From Escherichia coli (GTDB taxonomy: Bacteria; Pseudomonadota; Gammaproteobacteria; Enterobacterales; Enterobacteriaceae), in the NCBI RefSeq assembly GCF_044324785.1, contig NZ_CP172127.1: a stretch of 64,000 bases of DNA, one strand, 5' to 3'. Made by a program: the position numbers and the translations under genes. The stretch's first letter is position 1. Each line of letters starts with the position of its first letter. The notes below the pieces were generated by a model. The model saw only the letters and a list, made by a program, of their open reading frames with translations, ran no database searches and had not been told where the DNA came from. Shown here piece after piece: positions 19,210 to 30,928 of this stretch.

Positions 19210-20375
19210 TATTTCCCCTCCACTGCGGCAACAACCTGCTGAGCTGCATCCGTCAGACCTTTTGCTGCAATAATATTCAGGCCGCTGTCAGCCAGTTTCT
19301 TCGCGCCGAGTTCGGCGTTGTTACCTTCCAGACGTACCACGACCGGTACGTTAACACCCACTTCCGCTACCGCGCCGATGATACCGTCAGCGATCAGGTC
19401 GCAACGAACGATACCGCCGAAAATGTTAACCAGAACGGCTTTCACTTTGTCGTCAGAGAGGATGATTTTGAACGCTTCGGTTACACGTTCTTTGGTTGCG
19501 CCGCCGCCAACGTCCAGGAAGTTAGCTGGTTCGCCGCCGTGCAGTTTAACGATGTCCATGGTGCCCATCGCCAGACCTGCGCCGTTAACCATACAACCGA
19601 TGTTACCGTCCAGCGCAACGTAGTTCAGTTCCCACTGTGCAGCCTGTGCTTCACGCGGATCTTCCTGCGACTGGTCACGCATTTCGCGCAGATCAGGCTG
19701 GCGGAACAGTGCGTTGCCGTCAGCGCCCAGTTTGCCGTCGAGGCAAATCAGATCGCCCTGTTTGGTGATGACCAGCGGGTTGATTTCGATCAGCGCCAGG
19801 TCGCGCTCCAGGAAAATGGTCGCCAGGCCCATGAAGATTTTGGTGAACTGCTGAACCAGTTTACCTTCCAGACCCAGTTTGAACGCCAGCTCGCGTCCCT
19901 GATATGGCATCGGGCCAGTCAGCGGATCAAGCGCAACTTTGTGGATCAGGTGCGGAGTTTCTTCCGCCACTTTTTCGATTTCCACGCCGCCTTCGGTGGA
20001 GGCCATAAAGACCACACGACGGGAACTACGGTCTACAACGGCACCGAGATACAGCTCTTTAGCGATATCGGTCGCTGCTTCAACCAGAATCTGGTTAACC
20101 GGTTGGCCATTGGCATCTGTTTGATACGTTACCAGACGCTTGCCCAGCCAGTTTTCTGCAAAAGCACGGATGTCTTCTTTGCTGTTTACAACTTTCACAC
20201 CGCCCGCTTTACCGCGGCCACCAGCGTGAACCTGACATTTCACTACCCACGGACCGGCACCGATTTTTGAAGCGGCTTCTTCTGCTTCGCGCGGAGTAGT
20301 ACAGGCATAACCCACCGGTGCTGGTAAGCCATAGCGGGCAAAAAGTTGTTTTGCCTGATATTCATGTAAGTTCAT
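19209..20375 (-). CDS. sucC: Succinyl-CoA synthetase beta subunit
   Basis: 388 aa ORF ([18 protein letters not shown]...), 1-nt overlap with the sucD start. Confidence 0.97.
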
Positions 20376-20468
20376 GTGTTCTGTCCATCCTTCAGTAATC
20401 GTTATCTTTTAAACCGTAGACCGACACCCTATCCACGTCGGTCTACAGTGCAGGTGAAGCTTAAACTA

Positions 20469-21686
20469 CTAAACGTCCAGCAGCAGACGCGTCGGATCTT
20501 CCAGCAACTCTTTGATCGTTACCAGGAAGCCCACGGATTCGCGACCATCGATCAGACGGTGATCGTAGGACAGCGCCAGGTACATCATCGGCAGGATCTC
20601 AACCTGGCCATTCACTGCCATCGGACGATCTTTGATAGCGTGCATACCCAGAATTGCGCTCTGCGGCGGGTTGATGATCGGCGTAGACATCAGGGAACCG
20701 AACACACCACCGTTGGTGATGGTGAAGTTACCACCGGTCAGATCTTCAACCGTCAGCTTGCCGTCACGGCCTTTGACTGCCAGCTCTTTGATTTTCTTCT
20801 CGATGTCTGCCATGCCGAGGGTATCGACATCACGCAGTACCGGCGTCACCAGGCCGCGCGGCGTAGAAACCGCCATGCTGACGTCGAAATAGTTGTGGTA
20901 AACCACATCATCGCCGTCGATAGACGCGTTCACTTCCGGGTAACGTTTCAGGGCTTCAACCACCGCTTTCACGTAGAAGGACATAAAGCCCAGACGAATA
21001 CCGTGACGTTTTTCAAACGCTTCACCGTACTGCTTACGCAGATCCATAATCGGCTTCATGTTGACTTCGTTGAACGTGGTCAGCATGGCGGTGGAGTTTT
21101 TCGCTTCCAGCAGACGCTCTGCCACACGCTTACGCAGGCGAGTCATCGGCACACGTTTTTCGCTACGTGCAGCCAGAGCCGGTTGCGCCGCCGGAGCCGC
21201 AGCTGCCGGAGCAGACTCTTTCGCCGGAGCTTTCGCCAGATGTTTTTCCACATCTTCACGAGTCAGACGACCACCCACACCGGTACCTTTAATGGCGCTG
21301 GCGTCGAGGTTATGTTCAGCCAGCAGGCGACGGATCGCCGGGCTTAACGCATCGTTGTTTTGCTCTTCCAGAGACGCCTGCTGGCGTTGCGCCGGAGTGG
21401 ACGCTTTCTCTTCAGATTTGGCGCTGGTTTCTTTACCCGCGCTGTTGCCTTCACGCAGGCGACCAAGGATCTGACGAGACGTTACGGTTGTACCTTCATC
21501 TTCCAGAACCGCATCCAGAATGCCGTCTGCTGATGCCGGTACTTCCAGTACCACTTTGTCAGTTTCGATTTCTACCAGCACTTCATCACGTACGACTGCG
21601 TCGCCGGGTTTTTTATGCCAGGTTGCGACGGTGGCATCGGCTACGGATTCAGGCAGGTCAGGGACCAGAATATCTACGCTACTCAT
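20469..21686 (-). CDS. sucB: 2-Oxoglutarate dehydrogenase E2 (dihydrolipoyl succinyltransferase)
   Basis: 405 aa ORF with lipoyl domain and Ala/Pro-rich linker. Confidence 0.97.
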
Positions 21687-21700
21687 TGTGTATCCTTTAT

Positions 21701-24502
21701 TTATTCGACGTTCAGCGCGTCATTAACCAGATCTTGTTGCTGTTTCTGGTGAACGGACATATACCCTACCGCCGGAGAGGCGGAGGCCGGGCGGCCTGCA
21801 TAACGCAGAGAAGCCCCAAACGGAATCACTTCACGGAAATGATGCTGGCTGCAGTACCATGCGCCCTGGTTGAGCGGTTCTTCCTGGCACCAGACAAAAT
21901 CCTTGACGTGAGCAAACTGCTGCAACACTTCCTGCATCGCTTTATGCGGGAACGGGTAGAGTTGCTCGATACGCACAATGGCGACATCGTGTTGATTGTT
22001 CTTACGGCGTTGTTCCAACAGGTCGTAATAAACCTTACCAGAACACATCACTACGCGCTTCACGCCCTTCGGATCAAGCTCGTCGATTTCACCGATGGCT
22101 GGCAGGAAGGTGCCGTTCGCCAGTTCTTCGAGGCTGGAAACCGCCAGCGGATGACGCAGCAGGGATTTCGGCGACATCACGACCAGCGGACGACGCATCC
22201 CGCGCAGCGCCTGACGACGCAGCATGTGGTAAACCTGTGCCGGGGTAGACGGTACGCACACCTGCATGTTTTGCTCAGCGCAAAGTTGCAGATAACGTTC
22301 CAGACGCGCGGAGGAGTGCTCCGGCCCCTGCCCTTCGTAACCGTGCGGCAGCAACATCACCAGACCACACATCCGGCCCCATTTCTGTTCGCCAGAGGAG
22401 ATGAACTGGTCGATAACCACCTGAGCACCGTTGGCGAAGTCACCGAATTGCGCTTCCCAGATGGTCAGGGTGCGTGGTTCTGCGGTGGCATAACCGTATT
22501 CAAACGCCAGCACTGCTTCTTCAGACAGTACGGAGTCCCAGACACGGAACGCGCCCTGGCCGTTATGGATGTGTTGCAGCGGCGTGTAAGTGGAACCGTT
22601 AGACTGGTTGTGGATCACCGCGTGGCGGTGGAAGAAGGTACCGCGACCGGAGTCTTCACCCGACAGGCGAACCGGAATGCCTTCGTCAACCAGCGTGGCG
22701 TAAGCGAGGTTTTCCGCGCCGCCCCAGTCGAACAGTTTCTCACCGGCTGCCATTGCCTGGCGATCGCCATAAATCTTGGCAACGCGAGACTGCATTTCAA
22801 CTGCTTCCGGCACCGTGCTGATGCGTTTAGCCAGTTCCTGCAGGCGCTTCATCTCAACTTTGTTCGGGTACTCTTCGTCCCATTCGTGGTTGAGGTACGG
22901 TGACCAGGTGAAAGAGTGCATGTTCATCGGACGCCACTCTGCTACCACGCAATCGCCAGCATCCAGCGCATCGCGGTACAGGTTAACCATCTCGGTGGCA
23001 TCTTCCAGCGTCGCGACTTTTTCCTGCTCCAGCTTGTCAGCGTAGATTTTGCGCGGCGTCGGATGTTTTTTGATTTTCTGATACATCAGCGGCTGGGTTG
23101 CGCTCGGCTCGTCGGCTTCGTTATGGCCATGACGGCGGTAGCACACCAGGTCGATGAAGACATCACGTTTAAAGGTGTTACGGAAATCGAGCGCCAGACG
23201 GGTCACAAAGGCAACGGCTTCCGGATCGTCCGCGTTAACGTGGAAAATCGGGGCCTGAACCATCTTACCGATATCAGTACAGTACGGCGTAGAACGGGCA
23301 TCCAGCGGATTAGAGGTGGTGAAGCCAACCTGGTTGTTGATAACGATACGTACCGTACCGCCAACTTCATAACCACGCGCTTTCGACATGTTCAGAGTTT
23401 CCTGAACCACGCCCTGCCCGGTCACTGCGGCGTCACCATGAATGGTGATTGGCAGCACTTTGTTGCTGCTCGGCTCATCAAGTCTGTCCAGACGGGCACG
23501 AACAGAACCGATAACTACCGGGCTTACAATCTCAAGGTGAGACGGGTTAAACGCCAGCGCCAGGTGCACCAGGCCGCCATCGGTCTGGAAGTCAGACGAG
23601 AAGCCCATATGGTATTTCACGTCGCCTGTGCCGAGGTGTTCTTTATGTTTACCGGCAAACTCGTCGAACAAGTCTTGCGGTTTTTTACCCAGCACGTTCA
23701 CCAACACGTTCAGACGACCACGGTGCGCCATTCCGAGAACCACTTCGCGGGTGCCGCTGTTGCCAGCGTGGCGGATCATCTCTTTAAGCATCGGGATTAA
23801 CGCGTCACCGCCTTCCAGCGAGAAGCGTTTTGCGCCAGGGAATTTTGCGCCGAGGTAACGTTCAAGGCCTTCAGCGGCGGTCAGTTCGCTTAAGAAGCGT
23901 TTTTTCTCTTCGCTATTGAAAGTCGCGCGACCAGACTCGATACGCTGTTGGATCCAGCGTTTTTCTTCGGTGCTGGTGATGTGCATATACTCGGCACCAA
24001 TCGGGCCGCAGTAGGTTTGCTTGAGTGCTTCCAGCAGTTCGCCGAGTTTCATGGTTTCTTTGCCGCTGGCAAATGAACCGACGTTGAAGGTCTCCTGGAA
24101 GTCTGCTTCGGTCAGATCGTGGAAAGACGGATCCAGATCGGCCACTTTATCTTGCTGCCACAGTCCCAGCGGATCGAGATTCGCATGCTGGTGACCACGG
24201 AAGCGGTATGCGTTAATGAGCTGCAGGACTTTAACCTGCTTCACATTGGTGTCAGGGTCGGAGATCGTTGAAGAGTAACGTGAAGCGTCTTTCGCCAGGC
24301 GGCGGAAATATTCACGCGTTTGAGAGTGGAATTGATCCGGTTTGACTCCCGTACCAGGTAACTGCTGGAACGTCGAACGCCAGTTAGCGTCAACCGAGTC
24401 AGGATCGGTTAAGAAGTCTTCATAGAGCTGTTCTATCCAGCTCTGGTTTGCGCCAGAGAGGTAAGAAGAGTCCAACCAGGCTTTCAAAGCGCTGTTCTGC
24501 AT
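21701..24502 (-). CDS. sucA: 2-Oxoglutarate dehydrogenase E1 component
   Basis: 933 aa ORF. Confidence 0.97.
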   Translation of the reverse strand: MQNSALKAWLDSSYLSGANQSWIEQLYEDFLTDPDSVDANWRSTFQQLPGTGVKPDQFHSQTREYFRRLAKDASRYSSTISDPDTNVKQVKVLQLINAYRFRGHQHANLDPLGLWQQDKVADLDPSFHDLTEADFQETFNVGSFASGKETMKLGELLEALKQTYCGPIGAEYMHITSTEEKRWIQQRIESGRATFNSEEKKRFLSELTAAEGLERYLGAKFPGAKRFSLEGGDALIPMLKEMIRHAGNSGTREVVLGMAHRGRLNVLVNVLGKKPQDLFDEFAGKHKEHLGTGDVKYHMGFSSDFQTDGGLVHLALAFNPSHLEIVSPVVIGSVRARLDRLDEPSSNKVLPITIHGDAAVTGQGVVQETLNMSKARGYEVGGTVRIVINNQVGFTTSNPLDARSTPYCTDIGKMVQAPIFHVNADDPEAVAFVTRLALDFRNTFKRDVFIDLVCYRRHGHNEADEPSATQPLMYQKIKKHPTPRKIYADKLEQEKVATLEDATEMVNLYRDALDAGDCVVAEWRPMNMHSFTWSPYLNHEWDEEYPNKVEMKRLQELAKRISTVPEAVEMQSRVAKIYGDRQAMAAGEKLFDWGGAENLAYATLVDEGIPVRLSGEDSGRGTFFHRHAVIHNQSNGSTYTPLQHIHNGQGAFRVWDSVLSEEAVLAFEYGYATAEPRTLTIWEAQFGDFANGAQVVIDQFISSGEQKWGRMCGLVMLLPHGYEGQGPEHSSARLERYLQLCAEQNMQVCVPSTPAQVYHMLRRQALRGMRRPLVVMSPKSLLRHPLAVSSLEELANGTFLPAIGEIDELDPKGVKRVVMCSGKVYYDLLEQRRKNNQHDVAIVRIEQLYPFPHKAMQEVLQQFAHVKDFVWCQEEPLNQGAWYCSQHHFREVIPFGASLRYAGRPASASPAVGYMSVHQKQQQDLVNDALNVE

Positions 24503-24702
24503 CGTGATCCCTTAAGCATCTTTTTTATGCTTACTTCGCCGTGGATACTACCACGCACAGTGATGTGCGTGCCGGGGTTCACTTGCGAGCTCTTGTCTAC
24601 GTAGTGGCTCGCGAAGGAACCTTTAAAAACTGTCTTAGTGTCAGGGGCAGTTTTTAAAGATTTCCTGAATAGCCGGGGGATTTCCCCGGCATCAACATTT
24701 AA
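24503..24702 (-). other. sdhB-sucA intergenic region with nested palindromes
   Basis: Inverted repeats read directly: CACGCACAGTGATGTGCGTG, GGTTCACTTGCGAGC/GCTCGCGAAGGAACC, TTTAAAAACTG/CAGTTTTTAAA, CCGGGGGATTTCCCCGG. Confidence 0.3.
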
Positions 24703-25419
24703 TTACGCATTACGTTGCAACAACATCGACTTGATATGGCCGATGGCGCGCGTCGGGTTCAGCCCCTTCGGACATACACTGACGCAGTTCATGATGCTGT
24801 GACAGCGGAATACGCTGAATGCATCGCTCAAACCGTCGAGGCGGCTGTCAGTCTCGGTATCACGGCTATCGATCAGGAAACGATATGCCGCTAACAAGCC
24901 TGCCGGGCCGATAAACTTATCGGGATTCCACCAGAAAGACGGACAAGAGGTTGAACAACATGCGCAGAGAATACATTCATACAGCCCGTCGAGTTTTTCG
25001 CGCTGCTCTGGCATCTGTAAATGCTCGCGAGCTGGCGGATTTTGTCCATTATTCAACAGGTAAGGCTTAATTTTCTCATATTGCGCATAGAATTGTCCCA
25101 TGTCTACCACCAAATCGCGGATCACCGGTAAACCTGGCAGCGGGCGAATCACAATCTTCTTGCCCGGCTGGTTGAGTGCCGAAATCGGGGTAATACAGGC
25201 CAGACCATTCTTGCCGTTCATGTTCAGACCGTCGGAACCGCACACACCTTCACGGCAGGAGCGACGGAACGACAGGCTGGGATCTTTCTCTTTCAGCTGG
25301 ATAAGCGCATCCAGCAGCATCATGTCACGACCTTCTTCCGCTTCCAGGGTGTAATCCTGCATACGCGGAGCATCATCAACATCCGGGTTATAGCGATAAA
25401 TTGAAAACTCGAGTCTCAT
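24703..25419 (-). CDS. sdhB: Succinate dehydrogenase iron-sulfur subunit
   Basis: 238 aa ORF with Cys clusters. Confidence 0.97.
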   Translation of the reverse strand: MRLEFSIYRYNPDVDDAPRMQDYTLEAEEGRDMMLLDALIQLKEKDPSLSFRRSCREGVCGSDGLNMNGKNGLACITPISALNQPGKKIVIRPLPGLPVIRDLVVDMGQFYAQYEKIKPYLLNNGQNPPAREHLQMPEQREKLDGLYECILCACCSTSCPSFWWNPDKFIGPAGLLAAYRFLIDSRDTETDSRLDGLSDAFSVFRCHSIMNCVSVCPKGLNPTRAIGHIKSMLLQRNA

Positions 25420-25434
25420 TTTCCTGTCTCCGCA

Positions 25435-27201
25435 TTAGTAAGTACGAATCTTCGGCGGGAATGCCGGGCGCAGTTTCGGTTCCATGTTGACGCTTCGGCG
25501 CGTCATGGATTCCGACTCTGGCAGATACAGGGAGTGGCACAGCCAGTTTTCATCATCACGATCCGGGAAGTCGAAGCGGCTATGCGCGCCACGGCTTTCG
25601 GTACGGAAGTTGGCAGAAACAGCCGTTGCATACGCCGTTTCCATCAGGTTATCCAGTTCCAGGCACTCAACGCGCTGGGTGTTGAACTCGCTGGAAGTGT
25701 CATCCAGACGGGCATTTTTCAGACGCTCGCGGATCACTTTCAACTGCTCAAGCCCTTTCGCCATCGCATCACCTTCACGGAAGACCGAGAAGTTATGCTG
25801 CATACATTCTTGCAGCGCTTTACGGATCGCCACCGGATCTTCACCGTTACGGTTGTTGTTCCAGCGGTTCAGACGATCCAGAGACGCTTCTACATCAGAC
25901 TCGCTGGCATCGCGCAGTGCGCCCTGCTCGGCGATAGACTCTTGCAGATGCAGACCTGCCGCACGACCAAATACTACCAGGTCCAGCAGCGAGTTGCCGC
26001 CCAGACGGTTAGCACCGTGTACCGATACGCAGGCAATTTCACCTACCGCGAACAGCCCCGGAACCACCACATCTTCGCCTTTCTCATTCACAGTCAGCGC
26101 CTGACCGGTCACTTTGGTCGGAATACCGCCCATCATGTAGTGACAGGTTGGGATAACCGGAATCGGCTCTTTCACCGGATCGACGTGAGCGAAGGTACGG
26201 GAGAGTTCCAGGATACCCGGCAGACGGGATTCGAGAACTTCTTTACCCAGATGGTCAAGTTTCAGTTTTGCGTGTGGCCCCCACGGACCATCACAGCCGC
26301 GACCTTCACGGATTTCGATCATGATGGAACGCGCCACCACGTCACGGCCCGCCAGGTCTTTGGCGTTCGGCGCATAACGCTCCATAAAGCGTTCGCCATG
26401 TTTGTTCAGCAGATAACCGCCTTCACCACGGCAACCTTCGGTGACCAGTACGCCCGCACCTGCAATGCCGGTCGGGTGGAACTGCCACATTTCCATATCC
26501 TGTACTGGTACGCCTGCACGGATAGCCATGCCGACGCCGTCGCCAGTGTTAATGTGGGCGTTGGTGGTGGACTGATAAATACGCCCTGCCCCGCCAGTCG
26601 CCAGCACGGTAGCGCGGGCTTTGAAATAAACCACTTCACCAGTTTCGATGCACAGTGCGGTACAACCGACCACCGCGCCATCGGCGTTTTTCACCAGATC
26701 CAGCGCATACCATTCGGAGAAAATAGTGGTGTGGTTTTTCAGGTTCTGCTGATAAAGGGTGTGCAACAGTGCGTGACCGGTACGGTCAGCTGCCGCCGCA
26801 GTGCGTGCCGCCTGCTCGCCGCCGAAGTTTTTCGACTGACCGCCAAACGGACGTTGATAGATACGACCATCATCAAGACGCGAGAACGGGAGGCCCATGT
26901 GTTCCAGTTCCAGAATCGCTTCCGGCCCGGTTTTACACATATATTCAATCGCGTCCTGGTCACCGATATAGTCCGAACCTTTTACGGTGTCGTACATATG
27001 CCATTCCCAGTTATCTTCATGGGTATTACCCAGCGCAACGGTAATACCACCTTGCGCAGAAACGGTATGGGAACGGGTCGGGAAGACTTTAGAGAGCAGC
27101 GCACAGGTCTGACCGCTCTGGGAAATTTGCAGCGCCGCGCGCATACCTGCGCCACCGGCACCAATCACAACTGCATCAAATTCTCTGACTGGCAATTTCA
27201 T
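25435..27201 (-). CDS. sdhA: Succinate dehydrogenase flavoprotein subunit
   Basis: Start placed at [19 protein letters not shown] (588 aa); the ORF track extends 4 codons further upstream. Confidence 0.96.
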   Translation of the reverse strand: MKLPVREFDAVVIGAGGAGMRAALQISQSGQTCALLSKVFPTRSHTVSAQGGITVALGNTHEDNWEWHMYDTVKGSDYIGDQDAIEYMCKTGPEAILELEHMGLPFSRLDDGRIYQRPFGGQSKNFGGEQAARTAAAADRTGHALLHTLYQQNLKNHTTIFSEWYALDLVKNADGAVVGCTALCIETGEVVYFKARATVLATGGAGRIYQSTTNAHINTGDGVGMAIRAGVPVQDMEMWQFHPTGIAGAGVLVTEGCRGEGGYLLNKHGERFMERYAPNAKDLAGRDVVARSIMIEIREGRGCDGPWGPHAKLKLDHLGKEVLESRLPGILELSRTFAHVDPVKEPIPVIPTCHYMMGGIPTKVTGQALTVNEKGEDVVVPGLFAVGEIACVSVHGANRLGGNSLLDLVVFGRAAGLHLQESIAEQGALRDASESDVEASLDRLNRWNNNRNGEDPVAIRKALQECMQHNFSVFREGDAMAKGLEQLKVIRERLKNARLDDTSSEFNTQRVECLELDNLMETAYATAVSANFRTESRGAHSRFDFPDRDDENWLCHSLYLPESESMTRRSVNMEPKLRPAFPPKIRTY

Positions 27202-27548
27202 CACACACCCCACACCACAACGAATCCATAAATCACGTAAACCACCAGAGCAACGACAATCACCAGTTGCAGCATCAGGCGCAAGGCCAGCGGTTTAACG
27301 TAGTCGGTCAACACCTGCCACATGCCGATCCAGGCATGGATCAAGATAGAAAACAGCGCCAGCAGGGTGAACACTTTGGTGAACGCAGAGGCGAAGAAAC
27401 CGATCCAGACTTCATATGTCAGCTCGCCACTGGTAGCGAAAAAACCGACCATATAAATGATGTAGAGCGTCAGGACGATAGCGGTAGCGCGAACGAGGAT
27501 AAAATCATGTACGCCATTGCGTCCTAATGCGGAGGCGTTGCTTACCAT
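27201..27548 (-). CDS. sdhD: Succinate dehydrogenase membrane anchor subunit
   Basis: 115 aa hydrophobic ORF; stop overlaps the sdhA start. Confidence 0.95.
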
Positions 27549-27931
27549 ACGAGGACTCCTGCGAGAAGTGAAAGCACGACAGTAATAACAAAGGAGATTT
27601 TGGCGGAGCGTTTACCCGCTTCGAATGTTTCTTCCAGATAGCCAAAATCCATCATCATGTGGCGAATACCTACGACGACGTGATACGCCAGAGCGGTAAG
27701 GATGCCCCACATGATAAATTTGACGAAGAAGCTGCCCATAATCGCAGAAGCTTGCTCGAAACCTTCAGGGGAAGAGAGGCTGGTACCCAGAAGCCACAGC
27801 AGGATGCCCACTGCAACAAAGGTGATCACACCGGAAACGCGATGGAGAATGGACGCTATCGCCGTGATGGGGAACCGGATGGTCTGTAGGTCCAGATTAA
27901 CAGGTCTTTGTTTTTTCACATTTCTTATCAT
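27542..27931 (-). CDS. sdhC: Succinate dehydrogenase cytochrome b556 subunit
   Basis: Start at [15 protein letters not shown] (129 aa); the ORF track extends 5 codons further upstream. Confidence 0.93.
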
Positions 27932-28638
27932 GAATAACGCCCACATGCTGTTCTTATTATTCCCTGGGGACTACGGGCACAGAGGTTAACTTTCTGTTAC
28001 CTGGAGACGTCGGGATTTCCTTCCTCCGGTCTGCTTGCGGGTCAGACAGCGTCCTTTCTATAACTGCGCGTCATGCAAAACACTGCTTCCAGATGCGAAA
28101 ACGACACGTTACAACGCTGGGTGGCTCGGGATTGCAGGGTGTTCCGGAGACCTGGCGGCAGTATAGGCTGTTCACAAAATCATTACAATTAACCTACATA
28201 TAGTTTGTCGGGTTTTATCCTGAACAGTGATCCAGGTCACGATAACAACATTTATTTAATTTTTAATCATCTAATTTGACAATCATTCAACAAAGTTGTT
28301 ACAAACATTACCAGGAAAAGCATATAATGCGTAAAAGTTATGAAGTCGGTATTTCACCTAAGATTAACTTATGTAACAGTGTGGAAGTATTGACCAATTC
28401 ATTCGGGACAGTTATTAGTGGTAGACAAGTTTAATAATTCGGATTGCTAAGTACTTGATTCGCCATTTATTCGTCATCAATGGATCCTTTACCTGCAAGC
28501 GCCCAGAGCTCTGTACCCAGGTTTCCTCTCTTTCGCAGAGCGGCGAGCCAAATAACAAACGGGTAAAGCCAGGTTGATGTGCGAAGGCAAATTTAAGTTC
28601 CGGCAGTCTTACGCAATAAGGCGCTAAGGAGACCTTAA
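27932..28638. promoter_or_regulatory. Divergent gltA / sdhCDAB promoter-regulatory region
   Basis: About 700 bp non-coding spacer between divergently transcribed gltA and sdhC; individual binding sites not mapped here. Confidence 0.6.
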
Positions 28639-29922
28639 ATGGCTGATACAAAAGCAAAACTCACCCTCAACGGGGACACAGCTGTTGAACTGGATGTGCT
28701 GAAAGGCACGCTGGGTCAAGATGTTATTGATATCCGTACTCTCGGTTCAAAAGGTGTGTTCACCTTTGACCCAGGCTTCACTTCAACCGCATCCTGCGAA
28801 TCTAAAATTACTTTTATTGATGGTGATGAAGGTATTTTGCTGCACCGCGGTTTCCCGATCGATCAGCTGGCGACCGATTCTAACTACCTGGAAGTTTGTT
28901 ACATCCTGCTGAATGGTGAAAAACCAACTCAGGAACAGTATGACGAATTTAAAACTACGGTGACCCGTCATACCATGATCCACGAGCAGATTACCCGTCT
29001 GTTCCATGCTTTCCGTCGCGACTCGCATCCAATGGCAGTCATGTGTGGTATTACCGGCGCGCTGGCGGCGTTCTATCACGACTCGCTGGATGTTAACAAT
29101 CCTCGTCATCGTGAAATTGCCGCGTTCCGCCTGCTGTCGAAAATGCCGACCATGGCCGCGATGTGTTACAAGTATTCCATTGGTCAGCCATTTGTTTACC
29201 CGCGCAACGATCTCTCCTACGCCGGTAACTTCCTGAATATGATGTTCTCCACGCCGTGCGAACCGTATGAAGTTAATCCGATTCTGGAACGTGCTATGGA
29301 CCGTATTCTGATCCTGCACGCTGACCATGAACAGAACGCCTCCACCTCCACCGTGCGTACCGCTGGCTCTTCGGGGGCGAACCCGTTTGCCTGTATCGCA
29401 GCTGGTATTGCTTCACTGTGGGGACCTGCGCACGGTGGTGCTAACGAAGCGGCGCTGAAAATGCTGGAAGAAATCAGCTCCGTTAAACACATTCCGGAAT
29501 TTGTTCGTCGTGCGAAAGACAAAAATGACTCTTTCCGCCTGATGGGCTTCGGTCACCGCGTGTACAAAAATTACGACCCGCGCGCCACCGTAATGCGTGA
29601 AACCTGCCATGAAGTTCTGAAAGAGCTGGGCACCAAAGATGACCTGCTGGAAGTGGCTATGGAGCTGGAAAACATCGCGCTGAACGACCCGTACTTTATC
29701 GAGAAGAAACTCTACCCGAACGTCGATTTCTACTCTGGTATCATCCTGAAAGCGATGGGTATTCCGTCTTCTATGTTCACCGTGATCTTCGCTATGGCAC
29801 GTACCGTTGGCTGGATCGCCCACTGGAGCGAAATGCACAGTGACGGTATGAAGATTGCCCGTCCGCGTCAACTGTATACAGGATATGAAAAACGCGACTT
29901 TAAAAGCGATATCAAGCGTTAA
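28639..29922 (+). CDS. gltA: Citrate synthase
   Basis: 427 aa ORF ([36 protein letters not shown]...). Confidence 0.98.
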   Translation: MADTKAKLTLNGDTAVELDVLKGTLGQDVIDIRTLGSKGVFTFDPGFTSTASCESKITFIDGDEGILLHRGFPIDQLATDSNYLEVCYILLNGEKPTQEQYDEFKTTVTRHTMIHEQITRLFHAFRRDSHPMAVMCGITGALAAFYHDSLDVNNPRHREIAAFRLLSKMPTMAAMCYKYSIGQPFVYPRNDLSYAGNFLNMMFSTPCEPYEVNPILERAMDRILILHADHEQNASTSTVRTAGSSGANPFACIAAGIASLWGPAHGGANEAALKMLEEISSVKHIPEFVRRAKDKNDSFRLMGFGHRVYKNYDPRATVMRETCHEVLKELGTKDDLLEVAMELENIALNDPYFIEKKLYPNVDFYSGIILKAMGIPSSMFTVIFAMARTVGWIAHWSEMHSDGMKIARPRQLYTGYEKRDFKSDIKR

Positions 29923-29951
29923 TGGTTGATTGCTAAGCCGTTTACTTTCCG

Positions 29952-29982
29952 GACCCGCCTTTAATAGAGCGGGTTCTTTTTT
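29952..29982 (+). terminator. Putative intrinsic terminator downstream of gltA
   Basis: GACCCGC-loop-GCGGGT followed by a T-tract. Confidence 0.5.
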
Positions 29983-30311
29983 ATATGGCTGAACATAATA
30001 AATTGTAAAAATTAAACCAGATGCAAATACCCATTAATAAGGTGAAAAAATGTGACAAGTCACATACTGAGCAGAATGATAAGTTTATTTTTATACTTTC
30101 CTGCCGGTAGCATTGTTAACCCAATGAAAATTATGCATATCCATCCCACCCCATCTTTCATCTCATTAAACAATAAATTTATGCACTCAATTATTCCATT
30201 CTTTATATAACAAGCTTTTTAATATTGTTAAATAAAACCAAATACATTCAACTGTCAGTTAATATATTCTTGCCACGCAACACTCTATCTCATTATTTAA
30301 AGGACTCAGTT

Positions 30312-30878
30312 ATGTTTAAAGGACAAAAAACATTGGCCGCACTGGCCATATCTCTGCTATTCACAGCACCTGTTTATGCGGCTGATGAAGGATCCGGTGA
30401 AATTCACTTTAAAGGTGAAGTTATTGAAGCACCGTGTGAAATACATCAGGATGATATTGATAAAGAGGTTGAACTCGGTCAGGTGACCACCAGCCATATT
30501 AATCAGTCGCATCACAGCGATGCCGTTGCTGTCGACCTGCGCTTAGTCAACTGCGATCTGGAAAACTCCAACAACGGTTCCGGCGGCAAGATTTCTAAAG
30601 TTGCAGTCACCTTTGAAAGCTCAGCGAAAACCACCGGCGCAGATCCGATTCTCAACAACACCAGCACGGGTGAAGCGACCGGTGTCGGCGTGCGTTTAAT
30701 GAATAAAGATCAAAGCAATATCGTTTTAGGCACCGCTACTCCAGATATCGACCTGGCACCAACCTCCAGCGAACAAACGTTAAATTTCTTTGCGTGGATG
30801 GAACAAATTGATCAGGCTACGCCCGTAACACCAGGCGCAGTTACGGCTAATGCGACCTACGTACTGGATTATAAATAA
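30312..30878 (+). CDS. ybgD: Fimbrial major subunit (cryptic chaperone-usher fimbriae)
   Basis: 188 aa with signal peptide MFKGQKTLAALAISLLFTAPVYA; start at the internal Met of the ORF-track frame; first gene of the operon. Confidence 0.9.
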   Translation: MFKGQKTLAALAISLLFTAPVYAADEGSGEIHFKGEVIEAPCEIHQDDIDKEVELGQVTTSHINQSHHSDAVAVDLRLVNCDLENSNNGSGGKISKVAVTFESSAKTTGADPILNNTSTGEATGVGVRLMNKDQSNIVLGTATPDIDLAPTSSEQTLNFFAWMEQIDQATPVTPGAVTANATYVLDYK

Positions 30879-30928
30879 GTATCACTTTGGCGGCGTCATC
30901 GCCGCCTTTCTTCAAATATTTATCAGGT

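Noticed and set aside
19539-21474. Plus-strand ORFs of 243, 323 and 138 aa antisense to sucC/sucB
   Set aside because: Antisense shadow ORFs inside highly conserved genes; Arg/His/Gln-rich.
21488-23858. Plus-strand ORFs of 471 and 294 aa antisense to sucA
   Set aside because: Antisense shadow ORFs; biased composition, no motifs.
25484-27231. 565 aa and 206 aa plus-strand ORFs antisense to sdhA
   Set aside because: Antisense shadow ORFs opposite an extremely conserved flavoprotein gene.
28415-28657. 80 aa minus-strand ORF in the gltA-sdhC regulatory region
   Set aside because: Lies in the divergent promoter spacer and overlaps the gltA start; no RBS; K-12 has no gene here as far as I recall.
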